From Chrysomallon squamiferum (Eukaryota > Animalia > Mollusca), in the NCBI GenBank assembly GCA_012295275.1, contig CM022667.1, positions 8,184,001 to 8,248,000 on the forward strand: a DNA stretch of 64,000 nucleotides, given 5' to 3'. Numbering within the stretch: the stretch's first letter is position 1; each line of letters opens with the position of its first letter. The notes under the pieces were generated by a model. That model was not told the origin of the DNA. It saw only the letters and a list, made by a program, of their open reading frames with translations, and made no database searches. Made by a program: the position numbers and the translations under genes. Below, piece after piece: positions 29,332 through 52,141 of the stretch.

Positions 29332-32300
29332 TCAAAATTTTGCTTCATTCTCGAGCAAGAAGTCTTCCACCATGGAGTTAAATTCTTTAGCATATCGAAG
29401 ATGTATGTTGTGCTTTCCCTCTGGAAACTCATAATATCTGAAATTTAAAAAAATATTTTGACTAAATACAGTTTTCTAATATGTCTAGAACTATTAAAGC
29501 ATCTGAACTCTGAAGTGTTAAAAATATTGAAAAGTTTCTGAAAACAATCATAAGAGGACACATACAAGTTGTCAGTTTGACACAAATTCACGAACCTGAC
29601 ATTTTTTATGTGTTTTCTCACATAGTCTGGATGTTCTGGCAAAACCATCACATCCTTCTTTCCATGAAGTAAAAATGTTGGACATTGGATTTTTGGGACA
29701 TCGTCAATACATATATCACCTGCAGAAAAAAACAACAACACAGAATCATGCAGATAAACAACAAAAACACTGAGATTTTTAAAACAATATTCTGTAACCA
29801 TCTTTGACCTTTAACACCTTACATGAAATCATAAAATCACAGTTCGTTATACTAAATGTAATTTGACATTTCCAATCAAAATGGATATTCCTCTAAATGT
29901 GAAACAGGGTTCAGCTAGATTCTGGGTCACAAAAATTCAGCCAGGTCATTTTCAGTTCTAATATATCCCATTCCAACCAGTACTCTTCTATAAAGGGTGA
30001 ATTTACCTTTTCTCTGTGTAAGATAAGCGTTGTATGCATCAATCCACTTGACCCAGTGAGTTCTGAAATATTCTTCTCCATACACACTGATGAACGGAGT
30101 TCTCATCCTCTCACTCCATTTGTCAATGTCAGCAATAGCTGTAACAGAAAATACCATCAACAACATTACAGTCACAGAACAGAACAATAAAAATCAAATT
30201 TAAAATTTTAAAGTAATAAAATCAGCATTTCAAATTAAATAATAATAACAATAAAAACTATTAATAACATGTAGTATGTTATTAAAAATACTCCTTAATA
30301 CATTTGTAGTGAAAAAATAAATATTGTAAGACATTTATAACACATAAAACAAATTTTTTTTTACTAAAAACTTTAATATATTTATATTGTATTGCAAAAA
30401 CTAAATCCAGTATTAACAGCGTTTTGTAATTACTTTTATTTTAATCATAGTTGAATTAACTCCCTTTAGTTATTCTTACAATTTAAAAAGAAACAGAAAA
30501 ACGAAAATAAAGGAAATTTTTTTTATCATTTAGTCAGGTAAACATATTTAATATTTTTTCCCATTCAAAATTTAAAAATTTATATGCAAAGCTATCTCTT
30601 TTTATTTATTTACTTCTTTAAAATTAACAAAATACACAAAATCTTAATATACATTTAAATTGAAAGATCAAAAAACAAAAAAAAAAACATTTTGATTATT
30701 GAACTTGCATTGACTTTGCTCTGCATTCAGTATAGAAATTATTAACTGGAACATAATTAATGGTGTATTTTACTATTATTTATTACCTCTAAATATTTTC
30801 ATGTCAGCATCAGTGACGTATGCATTCACTCCCCACAGGACTAGTCTATTCATAACATGTGGGTAGTGAGCTGCTAAAACCATTCCAGTGATTCCACCAT
30901 CACTCCAACCCAGAACTGAATACTTCTGTTGATTTAACTCCTGTAAATGTAATTTATAATAATCTCACAGCAATTACTTATAAATATTTACAATAAATAC
31001 ACTACACAACTTTAGTTTTTTAAACACCATCAACAAAACAGCAGTATAAAAGGCATTTTTTCTTTTCATTATTTAAAAAAAATAATAATAAAAATAAAAT
31101 GTTTTCTATTTATTTAATAGTCATGTTATACCTAATTGTAAGATGTATTTCAGAAAACGTATTTTAACTGTAAACCTCATGTAGTAAATGATTAAAATGA
31201 TATTGTGGAATTAACAAACAAATTTCACAATGCCACTGTGAGCAGTTAAAAACTGCAGCAGCATCAGAATTTCTGAAACAGATTTTTCTTAATTTACTGT
31301 CAAATTGTCTCAAAATTAGTGTCAGCAGCCATAACTCTCTCCTGTTATTTTAATTTCATTTTTTACAATGTAAAAGATAAAAAAATGAATGGAAGAGGAT
31401 CATGAAGAGGATCAAATCTTCAAACTGTATATAGAGATGGAAGTAAGAAAAACAGTCTGTGTTTTGCATCCCTCAAGTTCTGTAACAGAATAATAATAAG
31501 AGATAATAAAATATATAAGATGACACACACACACACACATTTTACCTTCATAAAAGCTGCAGCATCATGGGCGTCTCTCTGAATGAACTGGAGAGGCCAG
31601 TCTCGGGTTGGTGGAATACTTCTGCCATAACCTCGTGGGTCAAACGCAAACAGAGTGAACTTCTCCTTACTGAACTCTTCCAACTGTGGAGTGAAGTCAG
31701 TTTTTGAACATCCTGTATCAGAATTAATCACAACTTAACTTCAGTTTATAAACAGATTCATTTATAATGTTGTGTAATGAATATTAAGATTTTGGTTTTT
31801 TTTTTTTTTTTTTTAAAAGGAATATTTATATTACATAAATAATTTAAATTAATTTATGACAAATTATGTTTGCTATTTGAAAACATATGTTTTTCAGTTA
31901 TCCAAATTAATGAGTGGTACATGTCAAGTCAATTTTGGTTAGAGAATTATTCAAGCATGCCTATCATGTATACTATCTCTCAGTTAATGAGCAATCTCTC
32001 GCAAACACATTAACTGATTTAAACTTCTGAAACTGAGCAGTTAAAACGTTTACCAAAACAAAAAATTATCATTATATCCAAGTAATTAATATTTTTACCA
32101 TAACATTGTATGATAATTTTTTATTAACAACACCATGGCTATTTGATAATTGGTCAGTATCAGATTAAAAATAGATACTGCCAATTTCAGCCATTTTTAC
32201 TGTGGAAGATCAAGGTTATGGGGTGCATGTGTATGTGTGCGGGATCGAAAGGGTGAAGTACTAGACCCATCCTCACCGAGTGCTCCTGGAAGTAACAGAA

Positions 32301-32872
32301 TGCTGTGTGGTCCATGACCTGTTTTCTCGTAGTGAAAGTTTACACCATTCACAAATACTCTCTTTGACTGGATTCTGGAGAAAATGGAAAAAAAAAAACT
32401 GCAATGTTCAGTTTAATATTTTTTAATTAAGTAACATTCTACTGCAATCTTTAATTCTATTGCTTTATTCAGAAGGTGGAACTATTTTTAAATTGCATTT
32501 AGTGATTTTCTGTAATAGAATTAATAATCAGATTGACATATACCGTAAGTAAATTGTACTCATAATAATGAAAACATTAACCAATTAACTAACAAAAGAA
32601 ATAAAATTATGCTCTATTTCTAACCAATGTGGGGTTCATTTTTAACTTTTTTTATTTCCCAAAAGTTGCGAATATTTTCCCACTGGGAGGATGTTTTCGG
32701 TTCTCAGATATTAAAAGATGTATGACATTTCCCTTTAAAATACTGTTAAACATATCTACTCATGTGTCATTTCGGAAGTGAGTTGCCGTTTGATTATCAA
32801 CGAGTTCCATCCTGTCACATCACATAAAAGTCTTTGGTTGACGGCAAACAATACTTTAACTTTGCAGAACAT
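29332..32872 (-). CDS. BPHL: Valacyclovir hydrolase / biphenyl hydrolase-like alpha/beta hydrolase
   Basis: Exons 32374-32277 (VNGVNFHYEKTGHGPHSILLLPGALG), 31712-31546 (DFTPQL..FDPRGYGRSIPPTRDW), 30940-30787 (nucleophile elbow LGWSDGG), 30138-30007, 29719-29596 (HGKKD), 29437-29332 (FPEGKHNIHLRYAKEFN..*). The best in-phase first coding exon is 32872-32760 (MFCKVKVLFAVNQRLL...KRQLTSEMTHE, transit-peptide-like) but its donor is weak, so the 5' end is uncertain. Confidence 0.9.
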
Positions 32873-33549
32873 AATTCTTCTGTTCGAGTTTTCCTCCTCT
32901 CAACGAGATCCACACCTCAGTTTAATTAAACAACTTAGCTTTTTAAACATCTTCGGTATTTGGCAAATCCCTCCTCGAACATTCATACAAAATGTCAGAT
33001 GTTTGAAATAGCAGTACCTTACCTTTCAACAAATTCTTTTCTCCATCTTTATTTTAAACTTATTTTATATTTTCTAATAGGATTTCAGCATAATTTTTAT
33101 AACTATTTCAAATAAATATATTTTTTATTCGGGAATCAATCTCGAATATTCAGATAACAGAATGATAATTAAATTTGACCTAAAACTAATTAACTACGTG
33201 CAGTGTCATTTTTAGAAAGACGTTTTCTTCTGAGAATTATTTTATTTTTATTATAGTTATATTTTTAATTAATTAATTAATTAATATAAATATACTTAAT
33301 TTATACTATTAATATTTAATATAACTGGATGAACTGAGGAACTGTATGCTTTCTAAATCTGAATTATTTTCTCATTGAAATTATCTGTCAGTAAAGAATT
33401 AAACGTGCACTATCAACGGGACCTGAGATTTTCTTTATCAGCTGAACACTCAGTACTTTCTACACGTCACAACATGTCGTCCATTATTCTCTCAAAATGT
33501 AAATATGCAGAGTCAAAAATCTGACGTAGACCTTTTGTTCCAAGTAAAA

Positions 33550-33553
<4 letters not shown>

Positions 33554-33633
<80 letters not shown>
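33554..33633. repeat. (TC)n microsatellite
   Basis: Direct reading. Confidence 0.95.
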
Positions 33634-33637
<4 letters not shown>

Positions 33638-34354
33638 CACAACACACAGATTTATACATATACATTAATACACACACAAAATACAACCACAACAATCTTT
33701 TCGAACTTTCTATTCCTTTCCGTGATGTAGTCAAGCAGTCAAACAATCAGATTTCGACGCTGGGAATCTATCAGTTTTAATATTTTGTTTTCCAAAGTTT
33801 CTAAACGGCAGAGAGTGTTTGAGAAATAAGAATATTTTAAGATGTATTTACTTGAACTGTTTCACATTTTTTGTTATTTTTTAGAAAGGTTAGTTACGTT
33901 GACATTTGTGTTTTGTTCATCTGATCTTTATGTATTTCAGAGTCTATTTTGTCATTTCAACAGATGCTTAGAGAAATACCTTTATGTATGTCTTTATGTT
34001 TGTGCGTGTGTGTGCGTGCGTGTGTGTGTGTGTGTGTGAGAGAGAAAGTTGATAGATCATGTAAAAATGAGTTTTCGAAAATTAGTTAAGTCGTTATTAA
34101 GACTAAAATGGTTCAACATATAATGATAACAAACAAAATCATTTTAAAAAAAAGCAAACTTAAATGTTGTTGTTTTTTTTAAAAGGAAAACTGTTCGTTT
34201 TAAGAAATACGCGTGTTTTTATCAGTTACCTTTACTGTAATAATTGTAAAACACAGGCTTGAACAACGTTAATGACCTGTGAGAGAAGAATAAGAAGGAA
34301 GAAAGAGAACAGAAATAATACATTTGAAAAAAAAAAAAAAAAAAAAAAAAATAC

Positions 34355-34389
<35 letters not shown>

Positions 34390-34757
34390 TAGATAAAGTA
34401 AAAGATAAGGTGAGAGAATAACAAGAGGAAAAAAAGATTTAAAAAAGAAACTGAAGAATGTGTACAAGTTTGACTGCCGTGCGGTGGTTATCATGGTGGA
34501 ATTACGTAAACAGAAAGTGAGGCGTGTACGTGCAGCGACTGCGGTGAAGTTAGAAAGTGTTACGCACTTCACTTTCTGTTTTTAGACCGAACACTCGCAG
34601 CTACACCATCAGCCAGCTTAACGAAATTACTTAACTGTTTAAACTCGCCGTTTTCTTTTCGGAAGTTGACCTATGAGTCATACTGAATGATTAATATCTC
34701 GCATTTGTTAATACCTATATTGCTTCTGTTTATTGATATATAAAGAATCGTTATTAT

Positions 34758-34802
<45 letters not shown>

Positions 34803-34863
34803 ACACACACACATATACATACATTCATACATATACACACATATATAATACAACACCACTTGC

Positions 34864-35132
34864 TGGGCTGGATCCAGGTTTTCTGATGGTGGGGGGGTCC
34901 ATGACAAAAAGGGCACCATAACATTATAAAAAGGCGCTGCTGAAAAATTAAACACGGGTCACATGGACTATAAATAACAGTGCTACAACAGGGACGCCGA
35001 CAGACGTATTCCACAGTGTTCTGTACATTGATAGACGTTTTTAAAAAGCCCTAAAAATCCTAAATAAAAGGGCACTTCTCAAATTTGAGGGGGAATCTGG
35101 TCATCTTGGAACCCACGACTAGATCCGCCCCA
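34864..35132. mobile_element. Degenerate non-autonomous MITE-like element
   Basis: Imperfect terminal inverted repeats GGGCTGGATCCAG ... CTAGATCCGCCCC, G-runs near both ends and a repeated internal AAAAGGGCAC motif. Resembles GGGGCGGATCCAG-type invertebrate MITEs; no coding capacity. Confidence 0.5.
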
Positions 35133-35883
35133 ATCCTGGTAAATGTTTAGTTGTTACAAATAGCTGAATAAGACAAATTTGTGTCACAATGACACAATAA
35201 AATCATAATATAAAATAATAACTATAAATCGCGAATTGTATTTAGTTTATAAAATAAATAATATTTAAAAATATATATATATATATCGATAATGTAACAA
35301 GCACTTTCAAACTATTAACAGCGAAAAACACTAAAAATGAAACAGTGGTAGCTAAATCTGTTCTGAAATAATTACGAGAATGAAAATAACAGTTAACATT
35401 TATAAATGATGTCGACCTTTTTTCTTTCTTTCTTTTCTTTTTTTTTTTTTTTTTTTTTTTCTTGATTTGCCGTTTTGTATGCCGTGTAATAGTTATTAAA
35501 TAAGTAAAATAATTTTGATTTTGTTTATATAAAAATATGTGTGGATCGGTGTAATTGATCAAGCCATTTATAACATCGTTTATATTTATTTATTTATTTA
35601 TTTAATTTGACCTGTTAAGCAGCGTGTTGTTATTTTTGTATGAATAAATCACGAGTAACACACTGGTAAGTTAGAACGAGACACGAGATAACTAGAAACA
35701 GATGTAGACATTTAACTAATTTCCGTTACACAGGCTGTTACGTACTAACCGGCGACATAACAAACATTAAAACGGAATGTCAGTTCATTCGTCAGTTACG
35801 TGCACACTGTCACATAGTTATGTCAGAAGATGTGTCGATAACTAGGGCGCGTTTTAATTATTGTATTGGAGATCTGTATTATT

Positions 35884-35902
35884 GTGTGTGTGTGTGTCTG
35901 TG

Positions 35903-35977
<75 letters not shown>
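35884..35977. repeat. (GT)n/(GA)n compound microsatellite
   Basis: Direct reading. Confidence 0.95.
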
Positions 35978-35981
<4 letters not shown>

Positions 35982-38266
35982 AGATGGCTGTTACCACTGT
36001 AATACAAATTATGTCGTACCTACAACATTTAATAATAATGTTATCTGCTGCCGTATGAATGTGAAATACACGATTTATTTCCGAGCATGTCGGTGTAGTC
36101 GTTTTAATTACGATTTCCTCAGAAAATTACTTATTCTCGCAGAACAGTCACCGGCAAATTCCTAACTTTAATTAAGAGCTCTCCTCACAACAGCAGCGCA
36201 TACATCCACACAGAACCACTGGCTGGAAAGACATTTCGAACAAGATAAATTTTATGGACAGACATCAAATCAAAAATGTACAGTAATTACACGACTGTGA
36301 TAAAATATTAACATACATGGAATGAGCAACAAAGAAAAAGTCAACAGCGTGGTTTAAACAATAATTTATTAATAGATAATGGGTATACAAGTATACATTG
36401 TCTGCATAAGTTTAAAAATAGACAACATAAAAGGCAGTATACTGAGCAGTATGGTATAATGACTTGGTAAATACAAGATAAATAAGTGAGCAGTTTCAAG
36501 TTATAAAGCATAAAAGGTACAAAGTCTTTAGTCCAAATAAATGAATACAAATTGATAACCTTTGTATAAAAATGTTTTACTGTCTGTTAAAATTTCTGTT
36601 GTAAAATATTAAAATATATATATATATATATAATAAATATGTAGTAGTACTTGATAATAATAATAATAATAACGATGATGATGATAATAATAATAATAAT
36701 AATATTAATAAATAGATCAGAATGTTACAAAATAAAATAACTAAATGGCGTAATTCATCATCAAATACAATATATATAACAATATAATAATAACTAACAA
36801 TAACAACAAATATAATAATAAATAATAATAATAACAATAGTAATAATAATGATAATAACAAAATACACAGAAATGTCTCAGCAGGCCTGCTGAAATCTTT
36901 CCTTTCTTTATGTTTTTTTAACATTCTTTAAACAATTTTATAATAGTAATAACGGTTGTAAGTAATCTCATTTAAACTTATAGTATGAATGAAATCGGAA
37001 CTGAAATTACTAAAGACACAGTACAGATTAATTTTTACATTATCTCTTGTCTGTTTACAAATAATCCATTTTCAGTTAACTGACTGAATAAAAAATAAAA
37101 TAATGGATCTGTTTATATGGAAAACTACTCACAAATATATATGTGTATGTATGTGTGTGTGTGTGTGTCAGTGTGTATGTGAGTGTCAGTGTGAGTGTCA
37201 GTGTGTGGTGTGTGTATGTGTGTGTGAGAATGTGTGTGTCAGTGTGTCGTGTCTTTGTTTATGTAGTAAGTATTTAATTAACTAAATTTTTATTCAAACT
37301 TTCAGCACTAAAGAGTTCGCTTGCATAGTTGTTAGATCTGCCATTGTAAACTTCAAACAGCAACCAGCACCATCGTGTAATTAATTACACGTACTATATT
37401 TGTACTATATAAATATACTATATTTGTACTATAGAGATATTACTACATTTGTACTAAATATATACTACATTTGTACTACATAGATAATAATTTAATTTTT
37501 GTTAAAATTGTATGCAAATAAACTTTGGAAGACAATCTGTGTCCTCTGCCAGGATTTGAACTTACACACATTTGGACATGTCTGATGTTATATTATTCAA
37601 AATACACAATTTCTAACAGCTGCACATCAAATGGTTTTTAACACCATTTCTTGAGTTCACTGATAACATGTATTTGACATATTAGTTAGTACTTTATAAA
37701 AAATGTTGAACAACCCTACGACAAATTCTCTCTAAAATGTTTCTGTTTTGTTCAAAGGTTTTGAAACACTATCCAAATGCCTGTAGATGTCTAACTTGGT
37801 GCATAAAACTGAGAAAACCTCAAAAATTATTTCACAAATAATCTAAAATTTATTTCTATGACAACTGGAATAATGGAAGTAAAAAAATAGTTCATGCATA
37901 CAAAGCTTATAAGAACATTTTTTAAAAATGAATCTTATTTGATAAAACTCAAGACAGAGTTGACTGTATTCAGTGATGTTCTTATTTTATTACTACGTAA
38001 TAAGAAATACTGGAGGAATGAAAATTGTCTGAGAATTTAAAGATAATTAGAATGAAAGTATTTCATGAATGATCTAAAATGTACCTGGACTAAAGGACTA
38101 GTTTGCTGTTGTTTGATACAATGACTAATGTGCTTATTACAATCATGCTTGATAAGAAATTGTATTTTTTTTTATCAAAGATATTACCTTTACCTCTAGA
38201 GCTATTGTTTTGTTACTATGACAACACGGTTAATGAAAATCATTCATGCACTGATTGGTGAAGAGT

Positions 38267-46707
<8,441 letters not shown>

Positions 46708-46807
46708 TTTTAGTTTTAATCAAAACGAGTCTGTCAGTGAAGAGGAAACCACATTGAAACTTGTGATACGGCCACTTTCCTTTCGGCAGCTCTGCCGCTG
46801 AACCCGG

Positions 46808-46836
46808 TGACGTCACGCCGATGTGTTGTCATTGGC
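46808..46836 (-). promoter_or_regulatory. Tubulin A proximal promoter: CRE palindrome and CCAAT box
   Basis: GTGACGTCAC at 46807-46816 and ATTGG at 46831-46835, ~100-130 bp upstream of the ATG in a CpG-rich patch. Confidence 0.55.
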
Positions 46837-47131
46837 TAACCTGTCTCACACGCTGAACCACTGAAATAAAGATGCGTTCTCGTGTTGCGAAAGAGTTGCA
46901 TCCCTTCAAGCAAAACTGAGTGTGGCCTTGAGAAAGAGTAACCCACCTACTGACAGAATGGGGAAAAAAAAATAATATATATATATTAATAAAATATAAA
47001 AATTAATTTATGCCCTTACGATGTAAAACGATCGAATCTATTTTGTTTTATCATCTCTCACTCATTACAGAAACTATTACTGAAATAACAATTCTCTCCA
47101 ATGGTTCCGTCTAATTAATTTTTTTAATCTA

Positions 47132-47165
<34 letters not shown>

Positions 47166-47581
47166 TAACAGTGTTGTTTTTGTTTGATTTTGATGTCCCC
47201 TCCCAACTCCTTTTAAATGAAATTCATTTTTAACTTTTAATTTATCCACAACACAGATTATAATGTCCACATTCTGCCATATTTTCTGTAAAATCTCGGA
47301 TTCTCTCCTGTTCAAATAGAAAACAGATTAAAATTTCTTTTAATGAAAATGAAATAGCATTTTATCATTAATTAACTGTCAGATAAACATAATTATCATG
47401 CAGCGGTCCCTCGTAGCGGTCCCTCGTAGTGGTCCCTCGTATTTCCCTCGCGGAATTCGAGAGAAATCCCGGAGTTCGAAAACAGATTTGTCTTTAGAAC
47501 AGCGCGCGCAGTAACAACAACAAATAACAACAACACACGCACGCACGCACGCACGCACACACAGACACACACACACAGACA

Positions 47582-47639
<58 letters not shown>

Positions 47640-48108
47640 ACCCAGTTTGTCTCTTGTGTTGTTTCAGAGGTTAAAAACTATTAACAATGACATCCAAGAA
47701 GAGTGTGGAAGTAAATGCAGTTTTCACTTCATTAAACAGCATTGACGTGTTTTACTTATTGTTTTCATGTTTTGCACTTTTTAATTATCATTTAGGGAAT
47801 TTAATTACGCTGTTTTTACATTAAATTACGTGTAACTTAAATGGATGATGTTTATGCTCTGAGCAGCAATTATTTCGTTTCAGTTATTTCTAAGTGAAAA
47901 CTGATCCTCACTTTTAACATTTCAAAGTGCCTCGGGAAGCGGATTATATTGAAAGTAGGAAGCTCTACTGCATTTGTAATAATTAAAACCTACTACAAAA
48001 AATACTCAGTAAAATAATAGCTAAGTGATTATCATCATCATCATCATCATCATTGTTATTATTACTATTATTATTATTATTAACATCCTCCTCATCATCA
48101 TTATCATT

Positions 48109-48183
<75 letters not shown>

Positions 48184-48986
48184 GTTTATTTATTTATTTA
48201 TTCTCCCTCTACAGACACGGGTGCTTGTTCTCAAGCAGGTTTTCGCATGCAAACATAACAAACATCATTCATTTAAAATATATTTATTAATTAATTAAAA
48301 TATAAAAAGTTAAAACATTATTTACTTTTTTAGTAATAAACATGAGTAAATGAAGCATAACGCAACAAAATGAAGAAAGAAAAAAACAATAAAAAAAAAA
48401 AAAATCCGAAAAAGAAAACAAGAAAAATAAATAGGTTTTATAAAATAGAAAAAATATGTATGCATTCAAAATTGCTTTTTAACGTATTATAAATATTAAA
48501 TATAATGATCTATTGGCACATACATGATTTGTTGAATATCAGCATAAAGACTGTAAAATGAATAATATTTACTATAAAATGAACGATTTGTCAAATCGAA
48601 TAAATAACATAATTATATTTTTTTAACAAAACAAACAAATAAAATACATTTTTAAAGTATGTACAAAATAAAACCATACTGTTTTCTAATACATATTACA
48701 ATATGATTTAAGAATTTTAAACATAATAAAATGTTATTTACATATATAATATAAAATATATATATAAATAAAAAATTAAAATTAGTTTTCAACTGTTCCT
48801 CCCACCTAGCTCGTATAAGAATTTTTTTGTAGTTTATTGTTAATGATTACTTTTCATAAATACTGTGTCAACATAAAGTTATATGTGTACTTACTAGTAT
48901 TCAAATTCTTTTAAATAAAACCGTGTTATTAAAATATGTGTACATGATTGAGATATAATGAGAACACATCGGAACAGTTTTCAAGT

Positions 48987-50227
48987 TTAAAGCCTGTCCC
49001 CGTAATGTGGGTAATGCTCCATACCATCATCAACGGTGGCGTCCTGGTACTGCTGGTACTCAGAGATCAAGTCGTTCATGTTGGACTCTGCCTCGGCGAA
49101 TTCCACTTCGTCCATACCCTCACCAGTGTACCAGTGGAGGAAAGCTCTTCGTCTGAACATGGCGCTGAACTGTTCGCCGATTCGACGAAACAGCTCCTGG
49201 ACGGCAGTGTTGTTTCCAAGGAAAGTCGCGGACATTTTCAGTCCACGAGGGGGAATGTCGCAGACGGCAGTTTTCACGTTGTTGGGGATCCACTCTACGA
49301 AGTACGGACTGTTCTTGTTCTGGATGTTCACCATCTGCTCGTCGACTTCCTTCATGGACATTCGACCTCTGAAGATGGCTGCGCACGTGAGGTATTTGCC
49401 GTGTCGTGGATCGCAGGCGACCATCATGTTCTTAGCGTCGAACATCTGCTGGGTCAGTTCTGGAACGGTGATGGCGCGGTATCTCTGATTTCCACGGAAG
49501 TGAGCGGAACAAAGCCAGGAATAAAGAAATGAAGGCGTGGGAATGGAACCATGTTGACTGCCAGTTTGCGAAGATCAGCATTGAGTTGACCGGGGAACCT
49601 GAAACAGGTTGTGATGCCGGACATCGCAGCGGACACTAGGTGGTTCAGGTCGCCGTAGGTTGGCGTTGTGAGTTTTAGAGTGTGGTGGCAGATGTCGTAC
49701 AGGGCTTCGTTGTCGATGCAGTTCGTTTCATCTGTGTTATCTATCAGCATGTTGATCGCCAGCGTGGCGTTATATGGTTCTACAACAGTGTCTGAAACCT
49801 GAAAAACATAACTGGAAATTTCAAAAGACGACACTAGCAAAATCATTTCATTCTGTCCACAGTATTAAAACACTGTTTTATTAACGCATTTCAACCCAAA
49901 GCCTACACGTATGATATTTATTTTTATCCTGATAATCCTATACGCTATGAAGTTGTGACATTTGATACATTAAAGCATTAAAGCATGGAATATAAATTTC
50001 AGTAACTGAAATTTCATTATCTTTTTCCGTCCAGTTTAATACGAAGAGTCCCCGTCATCAGCGTTGAACTCGGTGAAGGCGGGAGCCAGAACATTTGAGA
50101 TTTACAAACGTACAATCTGGATCCGTGGTTAGTTTGCCAAGGTAACATTAGGTTTATGGCATAAAAGACAGTAACAGTTACTGTTAACTGTGATGATGTA
50201 AGAGGCAGAGCCACTGATGTATGTGTG

Positions 50228-50290
<63 letters not shown>

Positions 50291-51206
50291 AACTTACTTT
50301 CGGAGACGGAATCACTGAGAACGAGTTCATGATTCTGTCGGGGTATTCTTCTTTGAATCTGTTCATCAAGAGACACCCGAGACCAGAACCACAGCCTCCA
50401 CCAATCGAGTGCGTTATCTGGAAGCCCTGCAGACAGTCGCAGCTTTCCGCTTCTTTTCGGGCAATATCGAGAATAGAATCGGCGAGTTCCGCGCCGTCTG
50501 TGTAATGTCCTTTTGCGAAGTTGTTACTGCAGCTGGTCCGGCCAAAAATAAAATTATCTGGACGAAAAATGTGGCCAAACGGTCCTGATCTGACTGTATC
50601 ACAGGTGCCCGGTTCTAGATCTATGAGAAGCGTCCTAGGAACAAATTTACCACCTAAAATAAATAAATAAACATGATGCAGAATAAAGTCTAGGCTTTGC
50701 AAGCGTAATCAATTACCATTATAAGTTTTATTAATAATTAAAATGGTGTATAACAATTACAATAACAATAATAATAAGAAGAAAGACAACAACGACAACA
50801 ACAGTGAGAACAACAACAATAATAACAACAATAATATATACACGATCTTGTTAATTATAAAAAAATATAAAAATTTTGCTTTGGAATCTTCCATATTAGG
50901 CTGAAATTAAGCAACTCTCAAAAGGTGATACTCTACAAAAACCAAACAAATCTCTGCTAATCGACTGGTATACTGTTGGATGTAGGGTCCGCATTTGCGT
51001 TTATGTGTGTACGGATTTTACCACATTTTGTAATATATACGTCATAGCTGTTGTTAAAATGTTGCTCGTTTTCATGTGATGTCTAATCGTTTTGTTTTGT
51101 TTTTGTTTATTTGTAAATACAGAATACGTAAATCCGCCATTATGCTTCGCTAGAATAACGCAACTCAAGTATAATTAAATTATTTCAGCCTAAATGAAGT
51201 TGAAAT

Positions 51207-51296
<90 letters not shown>

Positions 51297-51772
51297 AACT
51301 TGCTGTATATTCTACGTGGTGTATAGCAAGGAATTTCACTTGGAACGTGCATCTGTACGTCTTCCGTGTTAACGGCTAGAGAAGTAAAATGGACATGGCT
51401 GGTTTTAACCTGGGATAATTTTTACAAACACTAATGACGGTATTTAACACGAACAGGTACGTGAAAATCGTGCTAAGTCAAGCTTTTAGTAATAAATGTT
51501 TACCCATGGCCTCGTTGTAATAAACATTAATTCTCTCTAGCTGCAGATCGGAATCGCCGTGGTAGGTGCCAGTGGGGTCAATTCCATGTTCGTCTGAAAT
51601 CACTTCCCAAAACTAAAACAAAATAATAAAAAAACAACAACAACAACAACAACAACCTAACCCGCTGAAATCTAGTTCACATCTTATAATATGTTGTGCT
51701 GGATTCCATGAAATTATTAACAGAAAAACAATTACCACAAAAATATGAATAATTAAATTTATAAAGAAAGAA

Positions 51773-51809
<37 letters not shown>

Positions 51810-51961
51810 TGTTCATATTATACAAATAAACATTTATATTAATAGTTGGTGTGTGCGTGCGTGTATTGTATCTTATAAATAAATATTTATATTAATAGTT
51901 GGTGTCTGTATGTATGTCTGTCCATATTACAAAAATAAATATTGATGTTAATAGTTGGTGT

Positions 51962-52045
<84 letters not shown>

Positions 52046-52141
52046 TCATCAACATTAAAGCAGTGTAAACAAACAACTTACTTTTGATCCACACTGAAGA
52101 CCACACTGTCCGACCATAACAAGGACAATTTCGCGCACCAT
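48987..52141 (-). CDS. Divergent beta-tubulin (gene B); one apparent 1-nt deletion at ~49496
   Basis: Exons 52141-52082 ([20 protein letters not shown]), 51612-51504, 50653-50298, 49798-48987, with the same intron positions as genes A and C. Beta-type [18 protein letters not shown]. Frame break at ACT TCC GTG, where ACT TCC CGT is expected. Confidence 0.88.
51959..52044. repeat. (GT)n microsatellite in tubulin B intron 1
   Basis: Direct reading. Confidence 0.95.

Noticed and set aside
32783-32847. TTGCCGT...ACGGCAA hairpin as a possible snoRNA or MITE
   Set aside because: Only a 7-bp perfect stem, no convincing H/ACA or C/D boxes, and it overlaps the likely first coding exon of BPHL.
37540-37565. 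B-box-like GTTCAAATCC on the minus strand (tRNA or SINE)
   Set aside because: No A box or cloverleaf; at most a SINE fragment too short to support.
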